NCBI GenBank assembly: GCA_963829055.1
Contig: CAWHHI010000005.1
Span: forward strand, 32,001 to 96,000
Length of the DNA stretch: 64,000 nt
Reading direction: 5' to 3'
DNA from: an uncultured Gemmatimonadaceae bacterium
Lineage (GTDB): Bacteria; Gemmatimonadota; Gemmatimonadetes; Gemmatimonadales; Gemmatimonadaceae
The position numbers were made by a program, and so were the translations under genes. Below are positions 41,790-52,787 of this stretch, piece after piece; positions within the stretch are counted from its first letter, which is position 1; every line of letters starts with the position of its first letter. The notes under the pieces were generated by a model, which saw nothing but the letters and a program-made list of their open reading frames with translations, was not told where the DNA came from and ran no database searches.

Positions 41790-42422
41790 ATGAAAACCGC
41801 CATTGCCACTACCGTCCTGGGGCTCAGCCTCGTTGCTGTATCCGCCATTGCGGCGACCAGGACTCCTGCCCGTAGTTCCGCTACCGAGCCCGACCTCGCC
41901 ACTGTTCGCAAGGCGACCGACCGTTTCCGTGATGTGAAGGTCGCGCTCGCCGAGGGCTACATCCGCGACCCCGGCAACATGTGCGACGCGGCCGAGATGA
42001 TGGGGAAGCCCAAAGAGCTTGGCGTGATGGGTATTCATTTCTTCCGCCCCGACCTGCTCGGCATCACGGGTCCGCCGAATCCGCGCGTGAATGGAACCGG
42101 CACGCACACCGACTTCAACAAACCGTCGATCCTGATCTACGAGCCACAGGCCGATAGCTCGCTACAGCTCGTGGCCGTCGAGAACCTCGTGTTCATCAAG
42201 GCGTGGGAGAAGGCCGGGAACATGGCGCCACCTTCGTATCAGGGTGTGCCGTACGATCTTATGGCGGACGATCCCATGACGACGATCGACGAAGCGCACA
42301 ACTTCGAACCGCACTACGATCGGCACGTCTGGATCTACCGCGACAACCCGAACGGCGTGTTCGCGCAGTTCAATCCGAACGCGACCTGCAAGTACCACCT
42401 GGGCGGGGCACACAAGCACTAA
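41790..42422 (+). CDS. Secreted hypothetical protein, paralog 2
   Basis: Mature region highly similar to 40658..41278; different signal peptide. Confidence 0.85.
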   Translation: MKTAIATTVLGLSLVAVSAIAATRTPARSSATEPDLATVRKATDRFRDVKVALAEGYIRDPGNMCDAAEMMGKPKELGVMGIHFFRPDLLGITGPPNPRVNGTGTHTDFNKPSILIYEPQADSSLQLVAVENLVFIKAWEKAGNMAPPSYQGVPYDLMADDPMTTIDEAHNFEPHYDRHVWIYRDNPNGVFAQFNPNATCKYHLGGAHKH

Positions 42423-42426
42423 ACTC

Positions 42427-42672
42427 TCGGGAATCGGGAATAGGGAATCGGGAATCGAACTGCAGGAGCTTGTAGCTGGCAGCTCGTGCTGGTCGCTGGT
42501 CGAAATGACAAACCCCGGGGCGCCACGCATTGGCATCCCGGGGTTGTCGTTCCCGACCAGCGACCAGCACGAGCGACCAGCTACCAGCCGCCGGTAGTAC
42601 GTTGAATCGAGTCGGGCTTTTCTATTCCCGATTCCCGATTCCCGATTCCCGATCCCGATTCCCGATTCCCGA
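42427..42672. repeat. Nested palindrome with two kinds of heptamer-repeat arms
   Basis: Outer (GGGAATC)~4 / (GATTCCC)~7; inner GCTGGTC / GACCAGC repeats; core GACAAACCCCGGG...CCCGGGGTTGTC. Confidence 0.85.
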
Positions 42673-42685
42673 CATTGAGGCATCC

Positions 42686-44875
42686 ATGACCCGCGTCCAC
42701 GTTCGCCTCGTCACATTCGTGGCGTGTAGTCTCGTCGCTCTGCCGCTCGTGTCGATCTCTCCACAGACGCCGCCGACGCGCGTCCAGTACCCTGCCACGC
42801 GCACCGTCGAACACGTCGACACCTACAACGGCACCAAGGTCGCCGATCCGTATCGCTGGCTCGAGGCGATCGACAGCACCGGCGTGGCCGACTGGGTTCG
42901 TGCGCAGAACGCGGTGACGATGCCGTATCTCGCGGCGCTCCCCGGACGTGACCTGCTCAAGCAGCGCATCACCGCGCTCTACGACTTCCCACGCACGAGC
43001 GTTCCGTTCTGGGAAGGCACACGCTGGTTCTACACGAAGAACTCCGGACTCCAGCGTCAGAGCGTGTGGTACGCGCGCCTAACGCTCGACGGTCCCGAAC
43101 AGGTCGTGCTGGACCCGAACCAGCTCTCGCCGGACGGGTCCATCGCGCTCTCGGGATTCTCGCCATCTCCGGACGGCAAATCGCTCGCGTACGGGCAGAG
43201 CGAAGGCGGATCCGACTGGGTCACCTACTACGTGCGCGACCTCGGCACGGGGAAGAACACCGCCGACACGGTTCGCTGGGCGAAGTTCAGCGGCGCGTCG
43301 TGGACCAGGGACGGGAAAGGCTTCTTCTACTCTCGTTTTCCGGAGCCCACGAAGGCACAGCAGCTCAAGGTCAAGCTCGAGCACCAGACGCTCTATTACC
43401 ACAAGCTCGGCACGCCGCAATCAGCCGACGTGCGAGTGTACGCGCGGCCGGATCACCCGTCGTGGTTCGTGTTCGGCGGCGTCGATGAATCCGGCCGCTA
43501 CCTGTTCATCAGCACGTCGCCAGGGACGGACAGGACCGAGGTCTACCTCGCCGACCTCGGCGACCCGATGCATCCGAACGTGCGCGCAGCCATTCGGCCC
43601 GTCGTCACCGGGCAGGATGCCAACTACTTCCCGTTAGGCGTGGTCCACGGACGCCTGTACCTGCAGGTCGACAAGGACGCGCCGAAGCGGAAGATCGTGT
43701 CTGCGCCGGTCGCCACACCCGGACCGAGCTCGTGGACGACGGTCATCCCCGAGGGCGCCATGCCCATCGAAGCCGCATCGCTCGTCGCGGGACGCATCGG
43801 GACGCTCTCGCTTCAGGACGTCGCATCGGTGGTGCGCCTGTACTCGCTCGATGGGAAACTGGAACGCGAGGTGCCGATGCCCGGACTCGGAAGCGCGAGC
43901 GGGCTCGTTGGGCGCTTCGATCGCCCGGAGCTGTTCTACAGCTTCACGTCGCCGCTCCAACCGGCGACGGCGTTCGTGTACGACGCCAAGACGAATACCA
44001 GTCGCGCGTTCAACCCACCCAAGCTGACGTTCGACCCCGCGCAATTCGAGACCGAGCGCGTCTTCTATCAGAGCAAGGACGGAACGCGCGTGCCGATGTT
44101 CATCACGCACCGCCGTGACCTCGTGAAGGATGGCAGCAATCCGACGATGCTGTACTCGTACGGCGGCTTCTCGATCAGTGAAACGCCCGGGTTCCGCCCC
44201 GACGTGATCGCGTGGCTGGAGCAGGGCGGTGTGTACGCGGTGGCGAACATCCGCGGGGGCGGAGAGTACGGTGAGGAGTGGCATCGTGCCGGTCAGTTCG
44301 AGCACAAGCAGAACGTGTTCGATGACTTCATCGCGGCGGCCGAGTACCTCGTGCGGGAGAAGTACACGTCGAAAGAAAAGCTCGCGATCAACGGCGGATC
44401 CAACGGCGGCCTGCTCGTCGGGGCGGTGATGACCCAGCGACCGGACCTGTTCGGCGTGGCGGTACCGCAGGTCGGCGTGATGGACATGCTGCGCTACAAC
44501 GCGTTCACCGGCGGCGCGGCGTGGGCTACGGAGTACGGCGCCTCGAGCGACTCGGCGGCGTTTCGCTATCTGCGCGCGTATTCGCCGCTGCATAACGTGA
44601 AGGCGGGTGTCTGCTACCCGGCGACCCTGCTCACGACCGCGGATCACGACGATCGCGTGGTGCCGAGCCACTCGTACAAGTTCGCGGCGACCGTGCAGAA
44701 GGTGCAGAGCGCGACGCCATCGTGTGATCGCCCGGTGCTGCTGCGGGTCGAAGCGCAGGGAAGTCACGGCTACCGTCCGCTCGACCGTCGCATCGCCGAG
44801 CTGGCGGACATCTGGGCGTTCACGGCCTATCATCTCGGAATGAAGGTCCGTCCGCCTAACGCTGTCGTGCAGTAG
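42686..44875 (+). CDS. Prolyl oligopeptidase (S9A)
   Basis: VADPYRWLE, YGGF, ANIRGGGEYGEEWH, GGSNGGLL, TADHDDRVVPSHS, GSHG. Confidence 0.95.
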   Translation: MTRVHVRLVTFVACSLVALPLVSISPQTPPTRVQYPATRTVEHVDTYNGTKVADPYRWLEAIDSTGVADWVRAQNAVTMPYLAALPGRDLLKQRITALYDFPRTSVPFWEGTRWFYTKNSGLQRQSVWYARLTLDGPEQVVLDPNQLSPDGSIALSGFSPSPDGKSLAYGQSEGGSDWVTYYVRDLGTGKNTADTVRWAKFSGASWTRDGKGFFYSRFPEPTKAQQLKVKLEHQTLYYHKLGTPQSADVRVYARPDHPSWFVFGGVDESGRYLFISTSPGTDRTEVYLADLGDPMHPNVRAAIRPVVTGQDANYFPLGVVHGRLYLQVDKDAPKRKIVSAPVATPGPSSWTTVIPEGAMPIEAASLVAGRIGTLSLQDVASVVRLYSLDGKLEREVPMPGLGSASGLVGRFDRPELFYSFTSPLQPATAFVYDAKTNTSRAFNPPKLTFDPAQFETERVFYQSKDGTRVPMFITHRRDLVKDGSNPTMLYSYGGFSISETPGFRPDVIAWLEQGGVYAVANIRGGGEYGEEWHRAGQFEHKQNVFDDFIAAAEYLVREKYTSKEKLAINGGSNGGLLVGAVMTQRPDLFGVAVPQVGVMDMLRYNAFTGGAAWATEYGASSDSAAFRYLRAYSPLHNVKAGVCYPATLLTTADHDDRVVPSHSYKFAATVQKVQSATPSCDRPVLLRVEAQGSHGYRPLDRRIAELADIWAFTAYHLGMKVRPPNAVVQ

Positions 44876-44883
44876 TACGGTAA

Positions 44884-45009
44884 ATGTCGATGGCAGGCGA
44901 TTCGGGCCTCATGGCCAGATTTGGCAAATGCGCAGCGCAACACGCCCGTCACAGCGAGTCTCCATTTGCCAAATCTGGCAATACGGCCCGCCTCGCCTGC
45001 CATCGACAT
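44884..45009. repeat. 126-bp imperfect inverted repeat between convergent genes
   Basis: ATGTCGATGGCAGGCGA..GCCAGATTTGGCAAATG pairs with CATTTGCCAAATCTGGC..TCGCCTGCCATCGACAT. Confidence 0.85.
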
Positions 45010-45054
45010 CTCGTTCGCTGCCATCAACGTCTCGAACGTGCTCCAGCAGTACGA

Positions 45055-47179
45055 TCAGGGCATCGCGGAGTCCCAGCGGATCCGGTAGAGCAGCGCGCGC
45101 TCATCCTCGTACATGGTCTCATACCGCTCGGCGGCGGTGCGCGCGTTGGTGAGCGCGTAGCTCTCCCACGTAATGCCCGGGCCGTAGCGGTTCGCCTGCA
45201 GGAACCGTTTGTCGATGAGGATGTGCGTGATGCCGAGCCGGCGCAGAGCGTCGAACGCGCGCCGCTCCTGTCCCGTCGGGGCGGCAGCGGCGTCGCGAAC
45301 CGCCGGTGAAAAGACCCAGATGCGCGATGCCGTCCCGAAGAAGTGATCGCCCCCGCTCCACGTAAGCACCATCGCGTTAGGCGGCAGCATGCGATTCGCG
45401 GCTCGCCATGCCGCGTACGTCGGTACCATCCGCTGCAGGTACGCATCGCGGGACTCCGCGCCGATCACCACGAGCGGCATCCCGTGCACCACGTGCGTCA
45501 GCCAGCCGGATCCCCCGGCCCAGTCACGGCGCTCGTGCTCGTGCGCCGGAGTGTACGGGGGAAGGTTCAGGATCAGCAGGGCTACGACGAGCACCGTCAG
45601 CGCCACGCGTGCCCGCAGCACCGTAGCCAGTTGCTCGTACCCGACAGCGGCGAGCACCGCGAGCACGGGCGTCACCGCCAGTACCCATCGCATCTGAAAG
45701 CTCGCGATGGGCGACGCCCACAAGGCCATGTACGCGATCACGAAGATGGTGAGCGCGGTGAGCGCACTCACCCGAGGCGCCCCATCGCCAATGTTACGGG
45801 TGCCGCGCCGGAGTCGCAGCGCAGCCAGCGGCACCAGCGCGAGAAACAACGGCCCGAGCGCGCCGCCGTAGCGCTCCTCGTGCATCGTCATGTCCCATGG
45901 GAGCGTGAGCTGGTTGACGGGCGTTCGCGGCCGGCCGAACTGGGCGAAGAAGCGCTCGAGCCCCGCCCGAGCCACCTCGTCCCACCGGTCGGGTGGCCCG
46001 CCGAAGATGCCGTACAGCTCGGGGAACACGGGATTCCCGGTCGCGAGCCACGCGCGGACGTACCACGGCAGCACCACCAGCAGGCTCATCACGCCTAACG
46101 TCGTCGCGGTGCGGAGGGCTGGCAGCAAACGCCGGTCGTCGTGCCAGCGGATGATCAGCGTGCCCGACGCACGCGATCGCGAGCACGATCAGTCCCACGT
46201 GCTTGGTGGCGAGGGCGAAGCCAAGATCGAGCGCCGCGACGACGAGCCATTGGACGCGCCGCGTCTCGCGATGCCGCAACAGCGCGAACACAGCCACCGA
46301 CACGTGAAACGTGAACGCCAGGTCCACGTAGGCCGTCGTTCCTTCCCAGATGATCGTCGGTACGGTGACGAACAGTGCCGCCGCGAGCCACGGCGACGCC
46401 GGCGGCGCGTACCGGCGCGTCAACTCGAACACCACCAACGCCGTCAGCGGCAGCGTGGCGCACTGCAGCAGCGCCGCCGTGTTTGCGCCACCTAACGCCA
46501 GGCCGTACCCGAACCATAGTTCCCACAACATCGGGTAGAGCGACACGTACTCGTGTCGGAGGTCCACGAAGCGGCCATGCTCGAGGAATACCTTTGGGAA
46601 GTGCAGGTGAAACCACAGCGCGTCGTAGTCGACCACGGGGGCCAGCGCCCCGTACAGCGAGAACAGCAGTGCGAGCGCCGCGACCCCGACCCATATCCGG
46701 CCGGCACGTGCGACGTCCGGCCACACCCTCGTCGACGACTTCGGGCCTGGCACCCGAACGCGCAACCAACTCGCGACCGACACGACGAGCACAACGGCGA
46801 TGACCGCGCGGAGCACCCAGGGCCGGTACGCTCCCACGACGGCGAGCACGAACCCGAGACACGCGAGCGACCCGATCCCGACGCTGGCTGCCACCGCAAT
46901 GCGCTCGGCCGCACCCTCGAACTGCCACCGCGCGAATCGCGCGATCGAGAGCCCGGCCGCGATCGCGGCGCCAGTGAGTACGACGGCGCCGAGCAGCGAG
47001 CCAGCGGCGCTGCGGATCGCCTCCCCGAGATACGGCAGCGAGAAGTCGCGTGGCCCGTCCAGCACTGGCCACGGGCCAAGCCCGCCGGCGATCACTCTCC
47101 AGAGCTGTCGGTAATAGAACGCCGCCACCAGCACGACCCACGCGGCACCGACCAATGCCACGCCACGCCGCCGCGTCAT
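45055..47179 (-). CDS. Polytopic membrane glycosyltransferase-like protein (GT-C/ArnT-like); frameshift ~46160
   Basis: DYDALWFHLHFPK, AYVDL, ATKH, PWYVRAWLATGNPVFP; many TM segments; joins ORFs 45794..47179 and 45055..46128. Confidence 0.75.
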
Positions 47180-47197
47180 GACGGCGTCACGACCACG

Positions 47198-48292
47198 TCA
47201 TGTCAGCGAGCGGCCTAACGCGCGCGCCACCACTCGACGCAACGTGCCGGCGCGCAATGCGCGCAGCCGGCCTAGCAGGCGCTGGATGCGAGTCCCTCCA
47301 CGCCGTGCCCGCTCGGCCGCCATCAGCTCCTCGCGCACGCGACGCCGCGCGCCGATCAGCCACGCGAGCTCGCGCTGATCACGCGCCTCGGCCTCGACGC
47401 CTTCCCAGTAGTGAGCGCCCTGCGTCAGCGCGGCTGCGACGCCCCACGCGCGACCGCCGCGATCGTTCCGCGAGAGCACAAAGCGCTCGAGCCACGGGAT
47501 CGCGTGGCTCATGCCCGGCCAGCGAGGAAAGGGCGAGAGCCCCATCACCTCGTCCACACTCGCCGGATGCTTTCGCGCGAAGATCACGTCCGCTCGCCCC
47601 ATGGAGCGGAACAGCCGTAGCCACTCGAGCGGTTCCTTCTCATAGTGGTGAACACCGATGGCGGTCGGCTCATAGACAAAGTGGAGACCCGCTCGCTGGA
47701 GTCGAAATCCGAGCTCGTAGTCTTCGCGGCCGTATCCGGTGAACGCCGCGTCGAAGCCGCCAAGCTCGACGAGTCGGGCCTTCGCGACGGAGACGTTGCC
47801 CGTCACGAAATCACGGAACGTGGCCTGGTGAGCGTGCGATGCCTTCTCGAGCAGCTCACCGTCCCACCACTCGCGCACCGTCCGGCGGTGCGCCGCCTCG
47901 CCGGGCACCGGCGTCATCGGGACGGCACCCGTCACCACCACGTCGTCGCGGTCCCGGTGGTGGCGCATGTGCGCCGCGAGCAACCCCGGGACGGCGGCGA
48001 TGTCGTCATCGAGCATGACGACCACACGACCGGTCGCCGCAGCGATCCCTCGATTCCGCGCGCTTCCCTGCCCCTGACGAGGTTGTTCGATGAGGCGGAT
48101 GACGCAGGCCGCGCCGCGCGCCACGTCATCGACTGTCGCGCTGGTCGCCGGGTCGGGACCGTCGCACACGACGATGATCTCCACTCGCGTCAGGTCATAC
48201 TCCTGCTGCAACAGCATCTCGAGCGTCCGACGCAGCGTGGCGGCGCGCCCGCGGGTCGGGATGACGACACTGAGATCGAACGACGGATTCAC
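47198..48292 (-). CDS. GT2-family glycosyltransferase
   Basis: SVVIPTRGR, ARNRG, MLDDD, GGFDAAFTGYGREDYELG; GTG start overlaps the upstream TGA. Confidence 0.9.
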   Translation of the reverse strand: MNPSFDLSVVIPTRGRAATLRRTLEMLLQQEYDLTRVEIIVVCDGPDPATSATVDDVARGAACVIRLIEQPRQGQGSARNRGIAAATGRVVVMLDDDIAAVPGLLAAHMRHHRDRDDVVVTGAVPMTPVPGEAAHRRTVREWWDGELLEKASHAHQATFRDFVTGNVSVAKARLVELGGFDAAFTGYGREDYELGFRLQRAGLHFVYEPTAIGVHHYEKEPLEWLRLFRSMGRADVIFARKHPASVDEVMGLSPFPRWPGMSHAIPWLERFVLSRNDRGGRAWGVAAALTQGAHYWEGVEAEARDQRELAWLIGARRRVREELMAAERARRGGTRIQRLLGRLRALRAGTLRRVVARALGRSLT

Positions 48293-49245
48293 CGCGCGCC
48301 GCCCGGTACGCCACTGCCTCGCGCAACGCGTCGGCGCGCTGTCGCGTACGCGACCGGTCCCCACAGCGAGCCAGCCAGCTCCGCGAGCACGAGCCGAGCG
48401 GGGAGCTCGTCGGGCTCGCCGCGGAGCGCGCCCGGAAGGCGGCGCGCGTGGAATCGCAACGTGTCGAGCGCGAAACGGAACGCGTCGTGGTCGTGATGGC
48501 GCGTTAGGCGATGCGTCCAGAACGCGTACACGCCCACGCCGTACCCGAAGAGCTGTCGTCGGAGCTCGGCGAGCGTACGGCGGTGACGATGATGGACGAC
48601 CGCGCGTGGCTCGTACACGAGGCGCATCCCGGCGTCGATCAGACGGGCGAACATCTCGGTGTCGCCACCGCTGTGGGTCGCCGTTCCAGCGTCGAACGCT
48701 TCGTCGAACAGGCCGACTGCGTCCAGCGCCTCGCGGCGAAACGCCATGTTCGCCCCCGCGCCGACGTGCCCCGCGCTCGACGCCGGGAATGGTCGAACGA
48801 ACTCGCGCCGCTCGTGACGCGGGCGCGTTCGCGTCATGCGTTCGAGGTAGCGTTCGAACAGGCGTTGCGCGTTCGTCTCGAGCTCGAGCGGCAGCATGAC
48901 GCCCGCCATGCCCGCGACGCCCGGCTCGGCGAGCGTCGCCAGCACGACTGCTGCCCAGTCGCGCGCGGGGACGGCGTCATCGTCAGTGAACGCGATGAAC
49001 GCGGCGCGCGACGCAGCGAGCCCCGCGTTCCGCGCGCAGTCGAGACCGGGGCGCGGCTCGAGCACGTATCGCACGCCGGCCGCGTCCGCCACCCGGCGCG
49101 TGTCCCCGGTACGCGGCGCATTGTCGACGACAATGACTTCGAGCTCGCCCACTGTCTGCTCGGCGAGCGCGCGAAGGCAGCACTCGAGATCCTGTGGGCG
49201 CTCGCGTGTGCAGATGATGACCGAGAGTCGCGGCGCCGCGTTCAT
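48289..49245 (-). CDS. GT2-family glycosyltransferase
   Basis: SVIICTRERP, VVDNAP, ARNAG, FTDDD, GANMAFRR, GGDTEM. Confidence 0.92.
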   Translation of the reverse strand: MNAAPRLSVIICTRERPQDLECCLRALAEQTVGELEVIVVDNAPRTGDTRRVADAAGVRYVLEPRPGLDCARNAGLAASRAAFIAFTDDDAVPARDWAAVVLATLAEPGVAGMAGVMLPLELETNAQRLFERYLERMTRTRPRHERREFVRPFPASSAGHVGAGANMAFRREALDAVGLFDEAFDAGTATHSGGDTEMFARLIDAGMRLVYEPRAVVHHRHRRTLAELRRQLFGYGVGVYAFWTHRLTRHHDHDAFRFALDTLRFHARRLPGALRGEPDELPARLVLAELAGSLWGPVAYATARRRVARGSGVPGGAR

Positions 49246-50954
49246 TGTCCTGCGGTTGCGTGGGAGAGGCGGTCGCGCATCGCTCGCCCGGCCCGGCTTC
49301 GTGTCGCCTCGGCCCGCTTCTGCAGCGACGAGAGGATGCCCTCGGCCAGCTCGCGCTCGGCGCCTCGGTGATGCCTAACGCCCGTTGGCAGTCCGCAGAT
49401 CTGTGGGCCCGCGCTCTCTGCGACGATGTCGCGGAGGCGAACCACGCCCGCGGTGCGCCCGCAGTGCACGAGCGGCGGCGTCGTCACGGGCGATCCCTTG
49501 AACCTGATGTCGAGCCGCACGATGTTCGCGGTTCCCGGATGCGTGAATGGCTCGATCGGCGCGGCAAGGTCGACGACGTGATCGACGACGTGGGATGGTG
49601 CGCGCGTACCCGTGCGTGTGGTGCGACGCGTCACCCGAGGCAATGGGACGCTCGGGCCGAAGCGTCGCGCGATTTCGTCAGCGACAACTCGCGCCTGGTG
49701 GTAGTACTCGCGTCCGCCCGCGAGGCCAACAATCTCCTTTACCACCAGTCGTGTGGAGAGATCACGGTTGAAGAGCGACCAGAGCAGGCGGCGAAGGTGC
49801 CACGTCGCAAGCAACCAGTGGACGAGGATGGCAAATGGGAGCCGCTCTTCCGGATGGTTGAATCGATTTCGCTCCGCGTACGAGCGCATCGCCGTACCCC
49901 AGTTGCTCAGCTGCTCCTCGAGCTCGTGCATGTCGCGCCGGTGCTCGTGTCGGACCAGTGCTGATGGCTCGTACACGAGCGTGCCTCTGGCCTTGATGAT
50001 GCGAAAGAACATGTCGAGGTCGCCGCCGCCTTGCGTCAGTGTCCCGACGTCGAGCGCGGGATCGAAGCCGCCGATGATCGCGAGGGCCGAGCGGCGGAAA
50101 GCCATGTTCGCGCCGGTGCCGAACCGCCCTGAGTTCCCGTACTGGAGCGCGATCGCGTGCGCGCAGGGGTTCGGGTCTCCCCACCAGCGGCGTTCGAACC
50201 CGCGTCCGAAGCCCAGGTAACGTTCGAACTGCAACTGCGGCTCAGTCTCGAGCTCGAGAGGCATAACGAGTCCCGTAACTGCATGCACTTCGGGACTCGA
50301 GTCGAACAGGCGTGCGATTGCAGTTGCCCATCCGCGGTCGACTCTCGCGTCGTCATCGGTGAACGCGATGATGTCGCGTGTCGCCGCCATGATCCCGCGA
50401 TTTCGCGCGCGGTCGAGCCCCGGGGCCGGCTCGTGGATGTAGCGCGCTCCAGCCGGATGCGCGCGCGCGATGTGCTCGGCGGCGCTCCGAGCAGGCGCGT
50501 TGTCGACAACGATGATTTCCAGGTCAGGATGATCGAGACGCTCGATCGCGTCCAGGCAGCCCTGTAGTCTCTCCGGGCGGCCGCGCGTACACACGACGAC
50601 GGTCAGCCCGGACAGCGGCGCGGTGCGAGTGACCGGCGGGCGCGCCAACCGCTCTGCATCGAGCGGCATCGCATCGATCGGCGCTTCCACGCTGTGCCGA
50701 ATGGCGACGCGCACGATCGACGGCGCCAGTCTGTCGAGGATGGCCGCCGTGAGTATCGACGCACTGCACCGATCCTCTACGAGCGGCAACGAGATGACAC
50801 CGACGGATTCGCCGTGCAGGCGGACGAGGGCGTGGACCGACCGGTACCCGGGAGCGTGAACGTCGCCGAGCGGCTCGGCAAGCTCGACGTCGATGCACTT
50901 CGCGGGAACGCGAACGGCATCGAGCTCGCGACGTGTTCGCGTCGTGAACCGCAT
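49242..50954 (-). CDS. GT2-family glycosyltransferase with N- and C-terminal extensions
   Basis: Starts MRFTTRTR (ATG overlaps the wzt TGA); VVVCTRGRP, ARNRG, FTDDD, GANMAFRR, GGDLDMF. Confidence 0.88.
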   Translation of the reverse strand: MRFTTRTRRELDAVRVPAKCIDVELAEPLGDVHAPGYRSVHALVRLHGESVGVISLPLVEDRCSASILTAAILDRLAPSIVRVAIRHSVEAPIDAMPLDAERLARPPVTRTAPLSGLTVVVCTRGRPERLQGCLDAIERLDHPDLEIIVVDNAPARSAAEHIARAHPAGARYIHEPAPGLDRARNRGIMAATRDIIAFTDDDARVDRGWATAIARLFDSSPEVHAVTGLVMPLELETEPQLQFERYLGFGRGFERRWWGDPNPCAHAIALQYGNSGRFGTGANMAFRRSALAIIGGFDPALDVGTLTQGGGDLDMFFRIIKARGTLVYEPSALVRHEHRRDMHELEEQLSNWGTAMRSYAERNRFNHPEERLPFAILVHWLLATWHLRRLLWSLFNRDLSTRLVVKEIVGLAGGREYYHQARVVADEIARRFGPSVPLPRVTRRTTRTGTRAPSHVVDHVVDLAAPIEPFTHPGTANIVRLDIRFKGSPVTTPPLVHCGRTAGVVRLRDIVAESAGPQICGLPTGVRHHRGAERELAEGILSSLQKRAEATRSRAGRAMRDRLSHATAGQ

Positions 50955-51755
50955 CAGCCCGCTCTCGAGGCCGCTGCTTCGTACGCGTCCAGCACGGTGT
51001 TCGCCTCCCCGGTCATCCGCACCTCGCCATTCTCCATCCACACCACGCGCGAGCACAGCTTGCCGGATCGTCCAGAGGTCGTGCGATACGACGATCAATG
51101 TCCCGCCCGCCGCGTGATAGCGGGCCAGTCGCGTTAGGCAGCGACCCCGGAACGACTCGTCTCCGACCGCCAGCACTTCGTCGAGCAGCAGAATATCGGG
51201 GTCGGCGCAGATGGCGACAGCAAACGCAAGCCGCGTGCGCATACCGGAGGAGTAGTACTTGACCGGGACCTGCATGAAGTCGCCGATGTCGGCGAACGCC
51301 ACGACCTCGGGATATCTCACGGCAATTTCCCGGCGACTGAAGCCGAGCGCGGCGGCATACAGCTCGACGTTCTCCGCTCCAGTGAGCTCGGGCTGGAAGG
51401 TCGCGCCAAGCTCGAGCACGGCGACGAGTCGGCCGCGCACGACGATGCGCCCCTCGGTCGGCGGGTAGATGCCGGCCATCAGTCGCAACGCCGTGCTCTT
51501 GCCTGACCCGTTCGCGCCGACGAGCGCGATCGACTCGCCGTGTGCGACGCAAAGGTCGAGGCGGTGGATCTGGAAGGTCGCTGACCGGGCCGGCGGTGGG
51601 CGGCGAAGGATGGTTCTCAAAGCAAATTCCTGAAGCGTCGTGGTGCGGTGCTCGTACAGGTAGAACCGCTTCACGACGCCAACGCACTCTACGGCGTTCG
51701 CGCGCGCTGCCTGGGGGCCGCGCAATTGCGGCTCGGCGATCGCCGCGTGAGCCAC
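50954..51755 (-). CDS. wzt: Polysaccharide ABC transporter ATP-binding subunit; frameshift ~51061
   Basis: GANGSGKST, YSSGMRTRLAF, LLLDEVLAVGD, VSHD; C-terminus LCSRVVWMENGEVRMTG lies in a shifted frame. Confidence 0.9.
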
Positions 51756-51756
51756 G

Positions 51757-52567
51757 CTAGATGATCTCGGCAAAGAGCGCTCGCTGGCGGCGGAAAAGTC
51801 CGACACCGATGACGCAGACGACGGTTGCGAGCGCGGCGCTGCCGACGAGCAGCATCGGGCTCGGCAATCGGCCCTCGTACAGAATCTCGTGGTACAACGC
51901 GAGCACCGCCGCCACCGGGTTGAGGAGGTACACCGTGCGGAAGCGCTCGGGCACGAGTGAGAGCGGGTAGTACACGGGGGCGAGATACCCGAGCATCATG
52001 AGCCCAACCGGCACCGCGTGCTGCACGTCCTTGAAGAACACCGCTGCCGCCGCGATAGGCATCGCGAGTCCGATGGCCAGAAGGACGTGGATGACAATGA
52101 TCACCGGCAGCAGCAGCATGCTGACGGGAATGCCATGGTGGTGAAACACCACCAGCGCGACGACCACGATCGCGAGCTCGGCCAGGTACTCCACGAGTCG
52201 AGCGAGCACCGAGCTGAGAACGAGAATCTCCGCCGGAAACGCCAGGCTCCGCGTCATGTACGAGTGATCGGTGATGACACCCGCGCTCGTCGCCACCGTG
52301 TGCTGTAGGAAGACCCAGGCGAAGTACCCGCTCACCAGAAATGCCCAGTACTCCGCGACGCCGATGCGGATGATGTAGTGGAATACCATCACGAGAATCG
52401 ACGATCGTGGCAAGCGGGTTCAGCAGTGTCCAGACGAAGCCGAGCACCGACCGCTGGTAGCGCATCTTGAGGTTGCGGACGACCAGGCGCGACAGCAACT
52501 CACGGTGCCGCCACAGATCCGGCAACATCGGTGGTCTGCCGCCGGCGGCATCGTAGACGATCTCCAC
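51757..52567 (-). CDS. wzm: Polysaccharide ABC transporter permease; frameshift ~52400
   Basis: RNLKMRYQRSVLGFVWTLLNP, APVYYP, LNP; about six TM segments. Confidence 0.9.
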
Positions 52568-52787
52568 AGTGGTTCGATGGTTAGGCGCGAGTGTGGATCC
52601 GCGGTGACAGCGGGGCGCAGACCGTAGTGGTCGGTTCCGAGCTCCGATTACTGCGAGGGGCGCGCCACTACGACGGTGGCCGGGCCATTCGAGCTGCCGG
52701 CGTCACGGTTTCCTTGTCAGGATTTGGCTTGTTGTGATCCCAGCCACAGCTCGGTCGTCATCTGGAACCAGCCCTGTTCGACCTCTA

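Noticed and set aside
40415..42672. Repeat arrays as CRISPR
   Set aside because: Units are 7-bp tandem repeats without unique spacers, and there are no cas genes.
49242..51806. 854-aa ORF that looks like a Wzt-GT2 fusion
   Set aside because: A one-base shift near 51061 restores the normal Wzt C-terminus, ending in a TGA that overlaps the GT2 ATG at 50954. They are two genes.
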